Source: Myxococcota bacterium (GTDB taxonomy: Bacteria; Myxococcota_A; SURF-8). From it: 64,000 bases of DNA. The notes under the pieces were generated by a model. It did not search any database. It saw only the letters and a list, made by a program, of their open reading frames with translations, and was not told the DNA's origin. The number at the start of each line of letters is the position of its first letter. The first letter of the stretch is position 1. The stretch is from the NCBI GenBank assembly GCA_965140415.1, contig OZ223209.1, positions 5,248,001 through 5,312,000 of the forward strand, in the 5' to 3' direction. The position numbers and the translations under genes were made by a program. Below, piece by piece: positions 28,135 to 37,697 of this stretch.

Positions 28135-29440
28135 CACAGCTGTCCCGCTAACTTCCAGGTTCAGCGCTACAACTACTTATTATTACAGATTGAATTTGTG
28201 ATTATCAGGTGTCCGCGATAGTTTTTCTGCATTTCGAATAGTCAAGAAATGCAGGAGATCAAAATGACACAGACTGTCTTTTCGCAAGTGCTCGACTATT
28301 TGCCGGATCGCCATTTCCGCCGTTGTGTCAATCGCTATCAGGGGAACAAGCGCATTCGTACCTTTTCCTGTATGGATCAATTCATTTGCATGGCATTTGC
28401 CCAGCTGGCCTACCGCGAAAGCCTGCGCGATATTGAAGCGACCTTGCGGGCTATTCAGCTGAAACTTTATCACATGGGTCTGCGTGGAAAAGTCTCTCGC
28501 AACACACTGGCCAGAGCGAATGAAAAACGCGACTGGCGCATTTACGCAGATCTCGCTCAGCCCCTGATACGGCGCGCCCGCGCGCTGTATGCGGACGAGA
28601 AGCTCGCCGTCGACCTAGACGCCACCACCTACGCGCTCGACACGACAGCGATTGATTTGAGTTTGTCGCTTTTTCCATGGGCCAAATTCACGCGATACAA
28701 TGGATCATTGCGTCTTCACACGCAAATGGACCTTCGCGGACGGATTCCCGCCTTTATTTCCATTACGGACGGCAAGAGCCATGACAAGCGTTTACTGGAT
28801 ATTCTGCCTTTGGAAGCGGGCGCATTTTATATCATGGATCGCGGTTATGTCGATTACGGACGCATGCATCGCATCCATCGGGCGGGAGCCTTCTTCATTC
28901 TTAGAGCCAGCAAGAACACCAGCACAAAGCGAATCTATTCACACCCCATCGACAAGAGCTTGGGATTGCGCGCCGATCAGACCGTGAGCTTCGTGGACCG
29001 TGCTTCCATTCGACGCTATCCGGATCATGTGCGGCGAATCAACTACATCGATCCAGAATCGAACACCCGATTTGTCTGGCTGACCAACAACTTTGATCTT
29101 TCTTCGGAAACGATTCCGGACTTGTACCGGCTGCGGTGGAGTATCGAAGTGTTTTTCAAATGGATCAAACAGAATCTGCGAATCAAGGCGTTTTACGGTC
29201 GCAGCGCCAATGCGGTAAAGACACAAGTGTGGATTTCGATTACGGTTTATCTGTTGGTTGCGATTCTGAAAAAGGATCTGAATCTCGAGCACAGTTTGAT
29301 GACGATTCTACAGATTTTAAGCGTCACGCTTTTCGAGGAAAGCCCCATTTTACAGGTGCTAAAGGCAAACGCCTCCCTGCCTACCAATATCCCTTTTGGT
29401 AAGCAGTTGGAATTATTCAATAGTTAACGGGACAGCTGTG
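28135..29440 (+). mobile_element. IS4-family insertion sequence (1306 bp)
   Basis: 19-bp terminal inverted repeats CACAGCTGTCCCG(C/T)TAACT at 28135-28153 and 29422-29440 enclose one transposase; no target duplication visible. Confidence 0.9.
28249..29427 (+). CDS. IS4-family DDE transposase (DUF4372-type N-terminus)
   Basis: FAQLAYRESLRDIE, DTTAI, MDRGY, YRLRWSIEVFFKWIKQ (YREK signature); stop lies inside the right IR. Confidence 0.93.
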   Translation: MQEIKMTQTVFSQVLDYLPDRHFRRCVNRYQGNKRIRTFSCMDQFICMAFAQLAYRESLRDIEATLRAIQLKLYHMGLRGKVSRNTLARANEKRDWRIYADLAQPLIRRARALYADEKLAVDLDATTYALDTTAIDLSLSLFPWAKFTRYNGSLRLHTQMDLRGRIPAFISITDGKSHDKRLLDILPLEAGAFYIMDRGYVDYGRMHRIHRAGAFFILRASKNTSTKRIYSHPIDKSLGLRADQTVSFVDRASIRRYPDHVRRINYIDPESNTRFVWLTNNFDLSSETIPDLYRLRWSIEVFFKWIKQNLRIKAFYGRSANAVKTQVWISITVYLLVAILKKDLNLEHSLMTILQILSVTLFEESPILQVLKANASLPTNIPFGKQLELFNS

Positions 29441-29496
29441 GCTTGCCTATGTGCTCCTCGAACACGGGCAAACCTGCGGTTTAGCCCGTGCCACCC
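29441..29496. repeat. REP-like family D, 5'-truncated copy
   Basis: 51/56 identical to 59473-59528; CACGGGC..GCCCGTG hairpin followed by CCACCC. Confidence 0.8.
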
Positions 29497-29515
29497 TGAA
29501 ATCAACTAGAACCGG

Positions 29516-29676
29516 GTAGGTCGGACAGATTTTCTGTCCGACAATTGGATCTTGAAATTCAATTGCTACAAATGATACTTAATTCATGTGATAAATTTGA
29601 AACGATTTACTCTTTGCTAATTTGGGATGAAGAATAAGCTATAGTTTTTGTCGGACAGAAAATCTGTCCGACCTAC
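29516..29676. repeat. GTAG-type REP doublet (REPIN-like), family A
   Basis: GTAG-GTCGGACAGA-ttt-TCTGTCCGAC at 29516-29542 and its exact inverse at 29650-29676, around an AT-rich spacer. Confidence 0.85.
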
Positions 29677-29745
29677 TGTTTTTTCAGGCGTTTCTTCGGC
29701 GGGCTAATGCCTCGCCGCTACGGGAAATGCCCCCCTATCGTTAGC

Positions 29746-30531
29746 CTACTCATCCCGGCAACAGCGAATACCCATCGAGGCGGTCCAGTAGCTCGTGTTC
29801 TGCCATTCAATGGACGTGCATTTCAGATCCGCCGCTTCCGCATCCCAGCCACCGCCTGCCAGCTTGCAGCGCTCGGTTTCGCCTTCCGTTTCGCATTCGT
29901 GCAACCATTCCGACACGTTGCCACTCATGTCGAACAGATCCGAATAGCCGCCCTCGCAGCCGCTGAGCGTACCCACGACCACCGATTCGTCGTTTCCGGC
30001 ATCCGCACCGTTGCAGGTCGTTTCGCCATAGGCGGGACCATACGGAAAACCGTGATTATCCGGACCGCCGCAGGCTGCGCCCCATTCCTGTTCCGTGCAT
30101 AGACGAGCCTCGATATACTGGCAGGCCTGATAGGCCGCCCGCCATCCGGCGCAGGCCATGGGATGGCTTTGCTTCAACGCATTATCGAAGGTGCAGCGAT
30201 TGTTATCCGCCCGCTGACCGAATGCATCCGATTCGCACGCACCGTTTCGCACGCAGCGCACGAAAGCGGAGGTCGTCATTTCGCGGGCCATGATTTCCAC
30301 TCCCGTTTCGCCGATGGCGATCCAGTCGCGTCGCTGCGGCTCGGTATCCTGATCGGCTTCCGCTTCGGTCTGATCGACTTCCGGCAGATCCGCATCGCCG
30401 TCGATCGCTTCGACTTCGCTAGTGCCGTCACGATCCAAGTCGCCATCGGTGTCACCGTCGTCGGATTCCGAGCAAGCCAGCAGGCCAACGACAAAGAACA
30501 GACACAACCAAAGCCAGCTTATCCGTTTCAT
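29746..30531 (-). CDS. Lipoprotein with FGE-sulfatase (SUMF1) domain and DGD linker
   Basis: Lipobox LLAC, RLCTEQEW..AC, FPYG, DMSGNVSEW, GGGW, GIRCC. Confidence 0.88.
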   Translation of the reverse strand: MKRISWLWLCLFFVVGLLACSESDDGDTDGDLDRDGTSEVEAIDGDADLPEVDQTEAEADQDTEPQRRDWIAIGETGVEIMAREMTTSAFVRCVRNGACESDAFGQRADNNRCTFDNALKQSHPMACAGWRAAYQACQYIEARLCTEQEWGAACGGPDNHGFPYGPAYGETTCNGADAGNDESVVVGTLSGCEGGYSDLFDMSGNVSEWLHECETEGETERCKLAGGGWDAEAADLKCTSIEWQNTSYWTASMGIRCCRDE

Positions 30532-30604
30532 GTCACGTGCTCCTTGTCACTTTTTGTAAAACGACGCCAGATGCACCCCGGCACAACCGGCGTATTCCAT
30601 GCGT

Positions 30605-32593
30605 TTAGCGGTAAACGACCGGTCCGGTATTGGTACGCTGCGCCAACTGCAAGGCGTCCTGCTTGCTGCCTTTAAATACCTTAAATAACCACGAATCGCC
30701 ATTTTCAGGATCGGCGGTCTCGTCGATGAACTGGATGGTGTTGCGGGCTTCTTCTTCGGCGGTTTCGTTGGGCACGCGCCCCGCCAGATGCACCTGGCTG
30801 CAATCTTTGATGACCCACCAGTCATCGCCCAGACCGATCAGGCCATTTCCCAGCGGGAGGTACACTTCCGGCTTGAGAAAATCGAAGTCCGAGAAGGGAT
30901 ACTCCACCACCGTGTCTTCCATCAGCGCCGGGCTGTAGCGAATCACATCGTCATAACGTGGCAGGGTCAAGGTCACCACCGCTTTTTCGGCGATTTTTCC
31001 GGTGGGATCTTCAGACGCACCGAAGCTGACCGACAATTCGTAAATACCATTATCGTATTTCTTCCATTCGAGTGTTGCTTCTCGACCGGGAGCCGCGACC
31101 GTTGCCTCAAACGGCGCATCGGCTGCGCTTGGACCTTCCGGCAACGGAATATCGTCGATGGCTTCGGCGGTTTTGTTCCGCAGATCGATCTGCGCATGTT
31201 CCCAGCCCAACAGCGTCATCAGATCCGCTCCCAGATCCTGCGCGATTTGCAGAGCGGCTGCGTCGTTATCGTTGGCGTAATTGAATTCGCCCTGCCAGGG
31301 CGTGATGCCGGTGGTGTCGGTGACTTGCGCCTTTAATAAATGGCGATAGCCGGTATCCAAAGTCTCATCCATGCCGGTTACGTCCAAGCCTTCTTCTTTG
31401 GCGTGTTCGTACAGAATGGCCGTGGCTTCCATTTCGGTGCGCACGCGATAATTGCTGGTGCGAATGGGATTGTCCCGTTCGAGATTGTTGTACGGTGCCA
31501 AGGAGCGTCCACCCAGCCAGCGCTTGACGCTCTCCGTCGAAGGCGGCTGCCAGGTGCCGTCCAGTACCTTTGGCAGGGCTTTTTGTTCGATACCCTGCGC
31601 TTTGAGATGCGAAACGAAATCGGTGATGCTCGTGACCTTGTAGCCCTGCTCCACGAGATCGGCAAGCTCCTGTGCATACTCATCAAGCAGGGTATAGTCG
31701 GCGCTGACTACCGCCGCCAGATAAGGATCCGCCGGGACCATCAACAGTTCGCCGTCATCGAAAAAGGTCCAGTTCGATTCGATTCCACTGGCTGGATCGA
31801 TGCTGCCCGGACCGATAATCACATCCGTTCCGTGATCCTGATAGAGCGGCCAATAGGCAGCGGATTCTTCTTCCTGTACGTATTTGAAGAGGTTTTTCGG
31901 ATAAACGCTAATGGCGTATCCCTGATCCGCCATCAGGCGGTGTTTGCCTTCGCCCGCCTGACCTTCCTGGTTAAAGACCACCTGCGACAGCGTGACGTGG
32001 TTCTTATTGAAGATTTCGCGAGTCATTTCGATGGAGCGGACGAGATCCGCTTCGGGGAAGGCCAGGAAGAACTGGTCCGACCAGTGGAAGCTCACCATTT
32101 CGATACGCCCGGCTTCCGTTGCTTGCTGAAGTTTTTGCAGAATCTGCGGATGCCGTTCGGCGATGGCTTCCAGCATCATGGCCTGCATTTCGAAGGTGCC
32201 GCGATACTCGTCGTGCGCCATGTAGAAATCGAGCACGGGTTCAAAGGTCTCCGTGATGATCCAATCCTGTAGTTTTTCATCGGTCCAGCCTTTACAGGGC
32301 GTACCGCAGAGATAGATTTCCTCGTCGTTCCAAACGGTTTCCAAGCCACCGGCCACATATTGAATGTTGAAGTGGAACATGGAGAGCGCGAACTTCTTCT
32401 GATTCAGATCCGGTTCGTCGCTTAACGCATCCAGCGCAGGCGTCCAGCCTTCGAGTTCGGCATCCATATCGCCATCGATGTCACCGTCGACGTCGCCATC
32501 AGAGGAATTCTCGTCACCATCTCCACAGCCGGAAAATCCCAAGAGCATGATTGAAACGACCAGCATCCACCACCAATTAGACTTCCGTTGCAT
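30605..32593 (-). CDS. Lipoprotein with GH57-like glycoside hydrolase barrel
   Basis: Lipobox FSGC plus DGD; FHFNIQ, GRIEMV, FNQEG and FDDGE resemble GH57 conserved regions; GGAGG RBS. Confidence 0.6.
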   Translation of the reverse strand: MQRKSNWWWMLVVSIMLLGFSGCGDGDENSSDGDVDGDIDGDMDAELEGWTPALDALSDEPDLNQKKFALSMFHFNIQYVAGGLETVWNDEEIYLCGTPCKGWTDEKLQDWIITETFEPVLDFYMAHDEYRGTFEMQAMMLEAIAERHPQILQKLQQATEAGRIEMVSFHWSDQFFLAFPEADLVRSIEMTREIFNKNHVTLSQVVFNQEGQAGEGKHRLMADQGYAISVYPKNLFKYVQEEESAAYWPLYQDHGTDVIIGPGSIDPASGIESNWTFFDDGELLMVPADPYLAAVVSADYTLLDEYAQELADLVEQGYKVTSITDFVSHLKAQGIEQKALPKVLDGTWQPPSTESVKRWLGGRSLAPYNNLERDNPIRTSNYRVRTEMEATAILYEHAKEEGLDVTGMDETLDTGYRHLLKAQVTDTTGITPWQGEFNYANDNDAAALQIAQDLGADLMTLLGWEHAQIDLRNKTAEAIDDIPLPEGPSAADAPFEATVAAPGREATLEWKKYDNGIYELSVSFGASEDPTGKIAEKAVVTLTLPRYDDVIRYSPALMEDTVVEYPFSDFDFLKPEVYLPLGNGLIGLGDDWWVIKDCSQVHLAGRVPNETAEEEARNTIQFIDETADPENGDSWLFKVFKGSKQDALQLAQRTNTGPVVYR

Positions 32594-32774
32594 TCCTTCC
32601 TCCGTTACTTCTTTCGCGTCACGATGATTGTTCGATGAGTTGGCGGAAAGTAAATACTACTCCGCATTATGGCGCAGTATAGCATACTGTTTCGGACACG
32701 CAACGAGTTCGGTGGAATTCTGTTTGTATTGATATAGCAGACTTCAATCTAAATGATGACGTGTAGCAATCTCC

Positions 32775-32815
32775 GTTGGAGCATGGGCTGCTGCCCTGCT
32801 CCAAATGTTTGTCTT
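32775..32815. repeat. REP-like family B copy, inverted relative to 34271-34414
   Basis: GTTGGAGCA..TGCTCCAA hairpin; CCCTGCTCCAAATGTTTGTCTT matches the reverse complement of AAGACAAACG(G/T)TTGGAGCAGGG. Confidence 0.7.
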
Positions 32816-32866
32816 GGGTTTCTTGGACGGGAGCAGCTCTACATGTGAACGTTTCATCCCTAGGGG

Positions 32867-34150
32867 CTAATCGAGGTCGATATCCGGATAGATCCTAGCC
32901 GCGCATTCCGGGCAAAGGCTGTGACTGAATTGCGCCGAGGAATGGGAACTGATGTATTTTTCGATGCTACTCCAATAGCCTTCATCGTCCCTGATTTTCT
33001 TGCATGATGCACAGATGGGAATCAAGCCGCTGAGTTGCTTGACTTCATTGATGGCAGACTGAAGCTCCTTCAGATACTTTTCGCGCTCGAACTCCATCTC
33101 TTTGCGATCGCTGATGTCCCGGGTGATACCAAGGATATCGGTTGGCTTTCCATCCTCATCCCGAATGAAGGAGGCTTTTACGTCCGTCCAGATCGTGCTT
33201 CCATCTTTACAGAGTTGACGGATCTCGATGTTGCTGGACCGGTCGAAATCCACTTCGGATGTGTTTTCTTTCTCAAGCTCTTCAGAAATCGTGGTCATCA
33301 CCCGATCCAAATCCTCCGGCGAAATGTGTTCGGTCAAATCAAGGCTTATCGATTCTTCAGGCGTGTAACCGAACATATCCTTGACCGATGGACTGATATA
33401 GGACAATTGCATCTTGGCCAGGTTGAATACCCAGATGTTATCGACCATGTTGTCCGCCAAAAGGCGATACTGCGCCTCTCGCTGAATCAGTTCCCGGGAG
33501 GAGGACACCCGGTATCGTTCGTTCGCGATCCAGAAAATGCCTCCAGCGATCAACAGGAAAGTCAGCACCATTGGAAGGGTTGCTGCAAACATGACCATCC
33601 ATTTCCAACTGGTAGCATCGATATCCATCCCCAGCACGGCGACCAGATCGCCGGTTTGCGCATCGTGCATGGGAACCAGAGCAGAGACCCAGCTTCCCCA
33701 GCGATCGGTTACGGGGCCTTCAACACGACTGACTTGTTCTTCGAATGTTTTCAGGTATCCCGATGAGATTTCGGTATAAATCTGCCCGGCAGGTGATTCA
33801 TCCTTGGAGCCGATCGCTTCTGAATCCGCATAGAAGAAAACCTCTAAATTGGGTTTCTGTCCCATCAGGTAGATGAAGCGGCATTTCTTATTTGCTTGGC
33901 GAGCACTGGCGAGCGTTGCCTTCAAACGAAGATAGGTGGGATCGTTCAGATCGGCCTCAGTCCCGGATAGCTTTTGAATTCGCTGATTGCCGAGTGTATT
34001 GGCAACCATCCGGGCTTGGGTCAACAGATTGTCTCGCAGGGAGTGTTCGGTTAATTGCACGGTCCAATAAGCGAAAATGAGTCCGCCAATCAAAACACCG
34101 AATGAAATCAGAAGTGTCCGAGTATCGAATACGGAGCTTTTGTTACTCAT
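32867..34150 (-). CDS. Membrane sensor (periplasmic domain + PAS/PAC) ending in a Cys-rich PICxxCKKIRD...SHxxCPxC domain; no kinase output
   Basis: Two TM helices, GPVTDRWG, SPSV..MFGY, RDISDRK, LSGLIPICASCKKIRDDEGYW..FSHSLCPEC. Confidence 0.82.
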   Translation of the reverse strand: MSNKSSVFDTRTLLISFGVLIGGLIFAYWTVQLTEHSLRDNLLTQARMVANTLGNQRIQKLSGTEADLNDPTYLRLKATLASARQANKKCRFIYLMGQKPNLEVFFYADSEAIGSKDESPAGQIYTEISSGYLKTFEEQVSRVEGPVTDRWGSWVSALVPMHDAQTGDLVAVLGMDIDATSWKWMVMFAATLPMVLTFLLIAGGIFWIANERYRVSSSRELIQREAQYRLLADNMVDNIWVFNLAKMQLSYISPSVKDMFGYTPEESISLDLTEHISPEDLDRVMTTISEELEKENTSEVDFDRSSNIEIRQLCKDGSTIWTDVKASFIRDEDGKPTDILGITRDISDRKEMEFEREKYLKELQSAINEVKQLSGLIPICASCKKIRDDEGYWSSIEKYISSHSSAQFSHSLCPECAARIYPDIDLD

Positions 34151-34270
34151 CGAACGTTGCCTTGTTTTACAAATTCTTACCGGAAACAACGACCCCTGTC
34201 GATTCGGCTTGGTGGAAAATCAAAATGAAGTGTTTTCTATAATAGCCTTTAGAAGTGCTCGTGCAACAAA

Positions 34271-34414
34271 AAATGGGTTCGGCTGAGTTTCGATTTGCTT
34301 GGGAATATCGAAAAGAGCTGAATTCCAACAATTTGAATCATCGGTTTCCGGTCGGGGTCTCGTCTTGACCAAGAAGACAAACGGTTGGAGCAGGGCAGGA
34401 GCCGCTGCTCCAAC
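34271..34414. repeat. About 144-bp dispersed element ending in a family-B palindrome, copy 1
   Basis: Roughly 80% identical by eye to 37698-37841; ends in GTTGGAGCAG..CTGCTCCAAC. Confidence 0.8.
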
Positions 34415-34449
34415 ATAAGACACGGCTTTAAATGACTCTTCCAGAGACC

Positions 34450-35994
34450 TTAGCGAGTGAACGTGAGATACTGAACCTCGGGTGTCAGTTTCATTTCCAG
34501 CGTAGCCGTCGCTTCCGGTCGCTCGGTTTCCGTTCCATCGATGGCGAAGCGAACGAGGTTTGTGGCCGATTCCGGTAAAGTGAGTGTGAGATCGTAGCTG
34601 GTATCCCAGCCCCCTTCCCCTTCCTGCGCCAACGAACCATCCGGGTTATCGCGGCCATCCCAAAGCGCCAGAGCGACCTGACCACCTTCTTGCGTAAAGG
34701 CCAGCACATAGACGTCGTTCGGCAAATTGAAATACGGTGACAAATCGCCTGCGAAACGGTAGTCACCAATGACATCCTCCAGTCCCTTCATGGCAACCCA
34801 GGCAGGCTTGGGCCGGATCACGTCCTCATCCGTACCCGGCCAGGCGTACAGACCGAAAAAGGATTCGTGCGGACGCCAACCATCGCGAGGTTCCGAATCC
34901 CAGAAGGTATACCAGAAGTAGCGCTCGATTCCGTCTTTGGCGGCGATCAAGACGCTGCGCGCCAGGAAATGTCCCTGAATCTCTTCGTCGATATCATAGC
35001 TTGGCCATCCGGCTTCCGTGTACCAGACCGGTGCATCGCCACAGCCCATCGTGGTCATCTTGTCGCGGATAATATCGGTCATCCAGGTCTGTCCCGGCAG
35101 GAAGACCTCGTCGTTGATCAAATAATCGCGTTCCGGGCTGAATTCCTGGTTGAACGTGTAGGGGTGAATCGCCATGATGTCGAAAGACTGGCAGATATCG
35201 GGGTGATTCTCGTAGACTCGATCTGCAAAGGCCCACCAGTTGACAGGATCGTTGTCGTCCAGCGCCGACAAGCCACCGAACAACACCTTGGCATCCGGGC
35301 AGGCTGTTTTGATGCTGGCATAGGCGGCTTTCAGCATTTGACCGTAAAAGTTCGGGTCCGGTTCCGGTTTCCAGAAGCGTGTCAGGTTCGGCTCGTTCCA
35401 GATTTCATAATGCTTGATATCGTCGCAGAATTCCGCTGCCACCGCACCGGCGAATTCGGCATATTCCGCCGGGTCCATGCTGCTGTACTCGCCTTCGTCA
35501 ATCGCCCAATCCACCGTGTAAGCCAGCATTGCCAGAATATGACTGCCGGTTTGCCTGGCCATGTCCACCTGGGTGGAAACTTTTTCAAAATGCCATTCGT
35601 CGTCGACCGGCTCGATCTTGTGCCAGTGATAGTCTTCCCGAATCCATGCACCGCCAAGTTCTTGATATTTCTCGAACTCCAGATCACGCCGCCAGTTTTC
35701 GCCTTCATCCTGCTTCATGTGGGATGAAACACCCAGCATATCGCGGACAGCCTCCCCCTTGGCTTCCAGCGTATCCCAAGGATCGATCTCGATCTCTTTT
35801 TCCGTTTCCGGCTCCATCTCAACATCAAGATCGCCGTCGATATCGATCTCCTTCTCGACATCTCCATCCGGAGTACTATCCGCATCATCCTCCGAGTCAC
35901 AAGCCACTGCGAACAACAGGGAAAAAACAAACGTCACGCAAACAATAAGCATCCACGGACGGGCGGTCTGGGTCTGGATCTCTCGGCTCAACAT
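34450..35994 (-). CDS. Lipoprotein glycoside hydrolase, clan GH-A (GH39/GH5-like)
   Basis: Lipobox AVAC plus DGD; YEIWNEPN (acid/base Glu), AIHPY, WYTEAGW (nucleophile Glu), FGL..PKPA. Confidence 0.85.
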   Translation of the reverse strand: MLSREIQTQTARPWMLIVCVTFVFSLLFAVACDSEDDADSTPDGDVEKEIDIDGDLDVEMEPETEKEIEIDPWDTLEAKGEAVRDMLGVSSHMKQDEGENWRRDLEFEKYQELGGAWIREDYHWHKIEPVDDEWHFEKVSTQVDMARQTGSHILAMLAYTVDWAIDEGEYSSMDPAEYAEFAGAVAAEFCDDIKHYEIWNEPNLTRFWKPEPDPNFYGQMLKAAYASIKTACPDAKVLFGGLSALDDNDPVNWWAFADRVYENHPDICQSFDIMAIHPYTFNQEFSPERDYLINDEVFLPGQTWMTDIIRDKMTTMGCGDAPVWYTEAGWPSYDIDEEIQGHFLARSVLIAAKDGIERYFWYTFWDSEPRDGWRPHESFFGLYAWPGTDEDVIRPKPAWVAMKGLEDVIGDYRFAGDLSPYFNLPNDVYVLAFTQEGGQVALALWDGRDNPDGSLAQEGEGGWDTSYDLTLTLPESATNLVRFAIDGTETERPEATATLEMKLTPEVQYLTFTR

Positions 35995-36179
35995 AACACC
36001 TCCACGGGGTTCGAGTCACAACGGGGCGCATAATAACAGAAACCAGCGTAGGAAATGAAAGAAAATTCATAGAAAATGGAAGGTTTTTAAAACGAAAGGA
36101 CCGCCTCTGCCCTTTTCGGGTAGATGACGGTCCTTGTAATTCAATTCCCAAGATACGACCTGGAGTACCGTAAAACGAC

Positions 36180-37520
36180 TTACTTATACGGGTCCGGGCA
36201 ATGGATCGTAATGCTGTTGCAGCCCCAATCCGGCTTGTTGAACGTCGTTCCATCTACATACAGGATGTCGGGATCCTCTCCGTTGGCTTCGACGATGGAA
36301 TGCCAGCCGGAGCAGGCTTCGCCGTCGTCCCATGTGCAATCGGCAGTAAAAGTCGTTCCGTCCGGATAGGGTATACAATCGTAGGAATTGTCTGGATTCT
36401 GGGTGCATGAACATCCACAAATGTTCTGGCCCCAATCGTAATCAGCACCATACTCTTCCCACTCGAAACTATCAAGCTCACCCCAATCAAAGCTCCATTC
36501 ATAGTCCCAAGCCCACTCGAAATCACCCAACTCGACGTTTTCCCATTCGAACTCACCCCATTCGAAGTTTTCCCATTCCATGTCTGCCCAATCAATCTCA
36601 CCGATTTCAATATCCGCCCAGTCGTAGTCCCCATAGGGCATATCCATGTCGCCGTCTATCATGTCACCGTCGATCATGTCGCCGTCGATCATGTCACCGT
36701 CGATCATGTCGCCGTCGATCATGTCGCCATCGATGAAATCACCATCGACATCCATATCCCAGTCACCGTCTACCGAAATGAGTACGCAGCGAACGGGGAA
36801 CATCTCCGATTTATCTTCCATCGTGATCTCACCGGTTTCGAAATCGATCAGGAATCCCTGGCTCGTATCGTCACTAACTTCGGACATCGACCATAACGAG
36901 CCGCAATCACCAGTCAGATCACCGGATTGATAACAGCTTCCACTTGCGCATCCTGTACAGTCACCCGTTACACATGCGGCATCGGTGCACGTATAATCAA
37001 CCGGACAGGTACCACCGGTTTCGGTGGCGGCACAATTTCGAATCAGCGTTCTGAGATCTGTGATGCACGCGGCGCGCCAGGCAGAATGTCCCGCCCAGAC
37101 AAGGTTTTCGCAGTACTGCACGATGTCATCATGTGCTACTGCTGGAGAGGGTGGATCCTGCCAGCAAAGCCCACTGTCCGGGTCGCACCAGTAACTCTCG
37201 GTCATTGGCGTATCGCCATCGACCATATCACCATCCACCATGTCACCATCTGCCGTATCACCATCTACGAAATCCCCATCGGCTTTGTCGCCGTCAACCA
37301 CATCGCCATCGACGGTATCTCCATCCGAGAAATCACCGTCTACAAAATCTCCATCCACATGGTCTCCATCCACATGGGTGTCTTCCTCCAGGTCGCCATC
37401 GCCGACATCGCCGTCCGTTTTATCTCCGTCGGTTGTTTCGTCGTCGTCACCGCAGCCCGCAAAGCCTAGAGACAGCAGAAGCAACAACATCACTACACTC
37501 ACGCATTGTAATGCCTTCAT
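36180..37520 (-). CDS. Lipoprotein with long DGD tracts, internal DUF1566-like domain and acidic Trp pentapeptide repeats
   Basis: GGGAGG RBS, lipobox FAGC; GLCWQ..YC..L..AGHSAWR..VRCV; tandem DGDMI; EWENF/EWGEF repeats. Confidence 0.8.
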   Translation of the reverse strand: MKALQCVSVVMLLLLLSLGFAGCGDDDETTDGDKTDGDVGDGDLEEDTHVDGDHVDGDFVDGDFSDGDTVDGDVVDGDKADGDFVDGDTADGDMVDGDMVDGDTPMTESYWCDPDSGLCWQDPPSPAVAHDDIVQYCENLVWAGHSAWRAACITDLRTLIRNCAATETGGTCPVDYTCTDAACVTGDCTGCASGSCYQSGDLTGDCGSLWSMSEVSDDTSQGFLIDFETGEITMEDKSEMFPVRCVLISVDGDWDMDVDGDFIDGDMIDGDMIDGDMIDGDMIDGDMIDGDMDMPYGDYDWADIEIGEIDWADMEWENFEWGEFEWENVELGDFEWAWDYEWSFDWGELDSFEWEEYGADYDWGQNICGCSCTQNPDNSYDCIPYPDGTTFTADCTWDDGEACSGWHSIVEANGEDPDILYVDGTTFNKPDWGCNSITIHCPDPYK

Positions 37521-37697
37521 GGTTCCTCCCTTTCCGTTGAACACTCCGGTAGTGAACCCTACTTCTATAACTTTTATTTTATAGTTCCCATGATACCTTT
37601 ATTAAGATCTCTTGCAACCTAAAAGTTGACTTTGCAACTCCGCAATACAACATGCTGCGTCATGCTGCGTCATGCTGCGAAAAGACACTTCGACGGG

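Noticed and set aside
25729-29440. Genomic island integrated at tRNA-Phe
   Set aside because: No integrase, and no duplicated tRNA 3' end was found downstream in the window.
29462-29496. c-di-GMP-I riboswitch (GGGCAAACC start)
   Set aside because: Lacks the GAAA tetraloop and GACGCAAAG core; it is a simple hairpin repeated at 59494-59528 and is not in a 5' UTR.
29746-29850. DGR variable region in the FGE-sulfatase C-terminus (and in the internal DUF1566 of gene 36180)
   Set aside because: GAA/AAA codons are present with no NNY pattern; the 36180 domain is not C-terminal.
37651-37679. CATGCTGCGT x3 tandem repeat
   Set aside because: Short intergenic microsatellite with no evidence of function.
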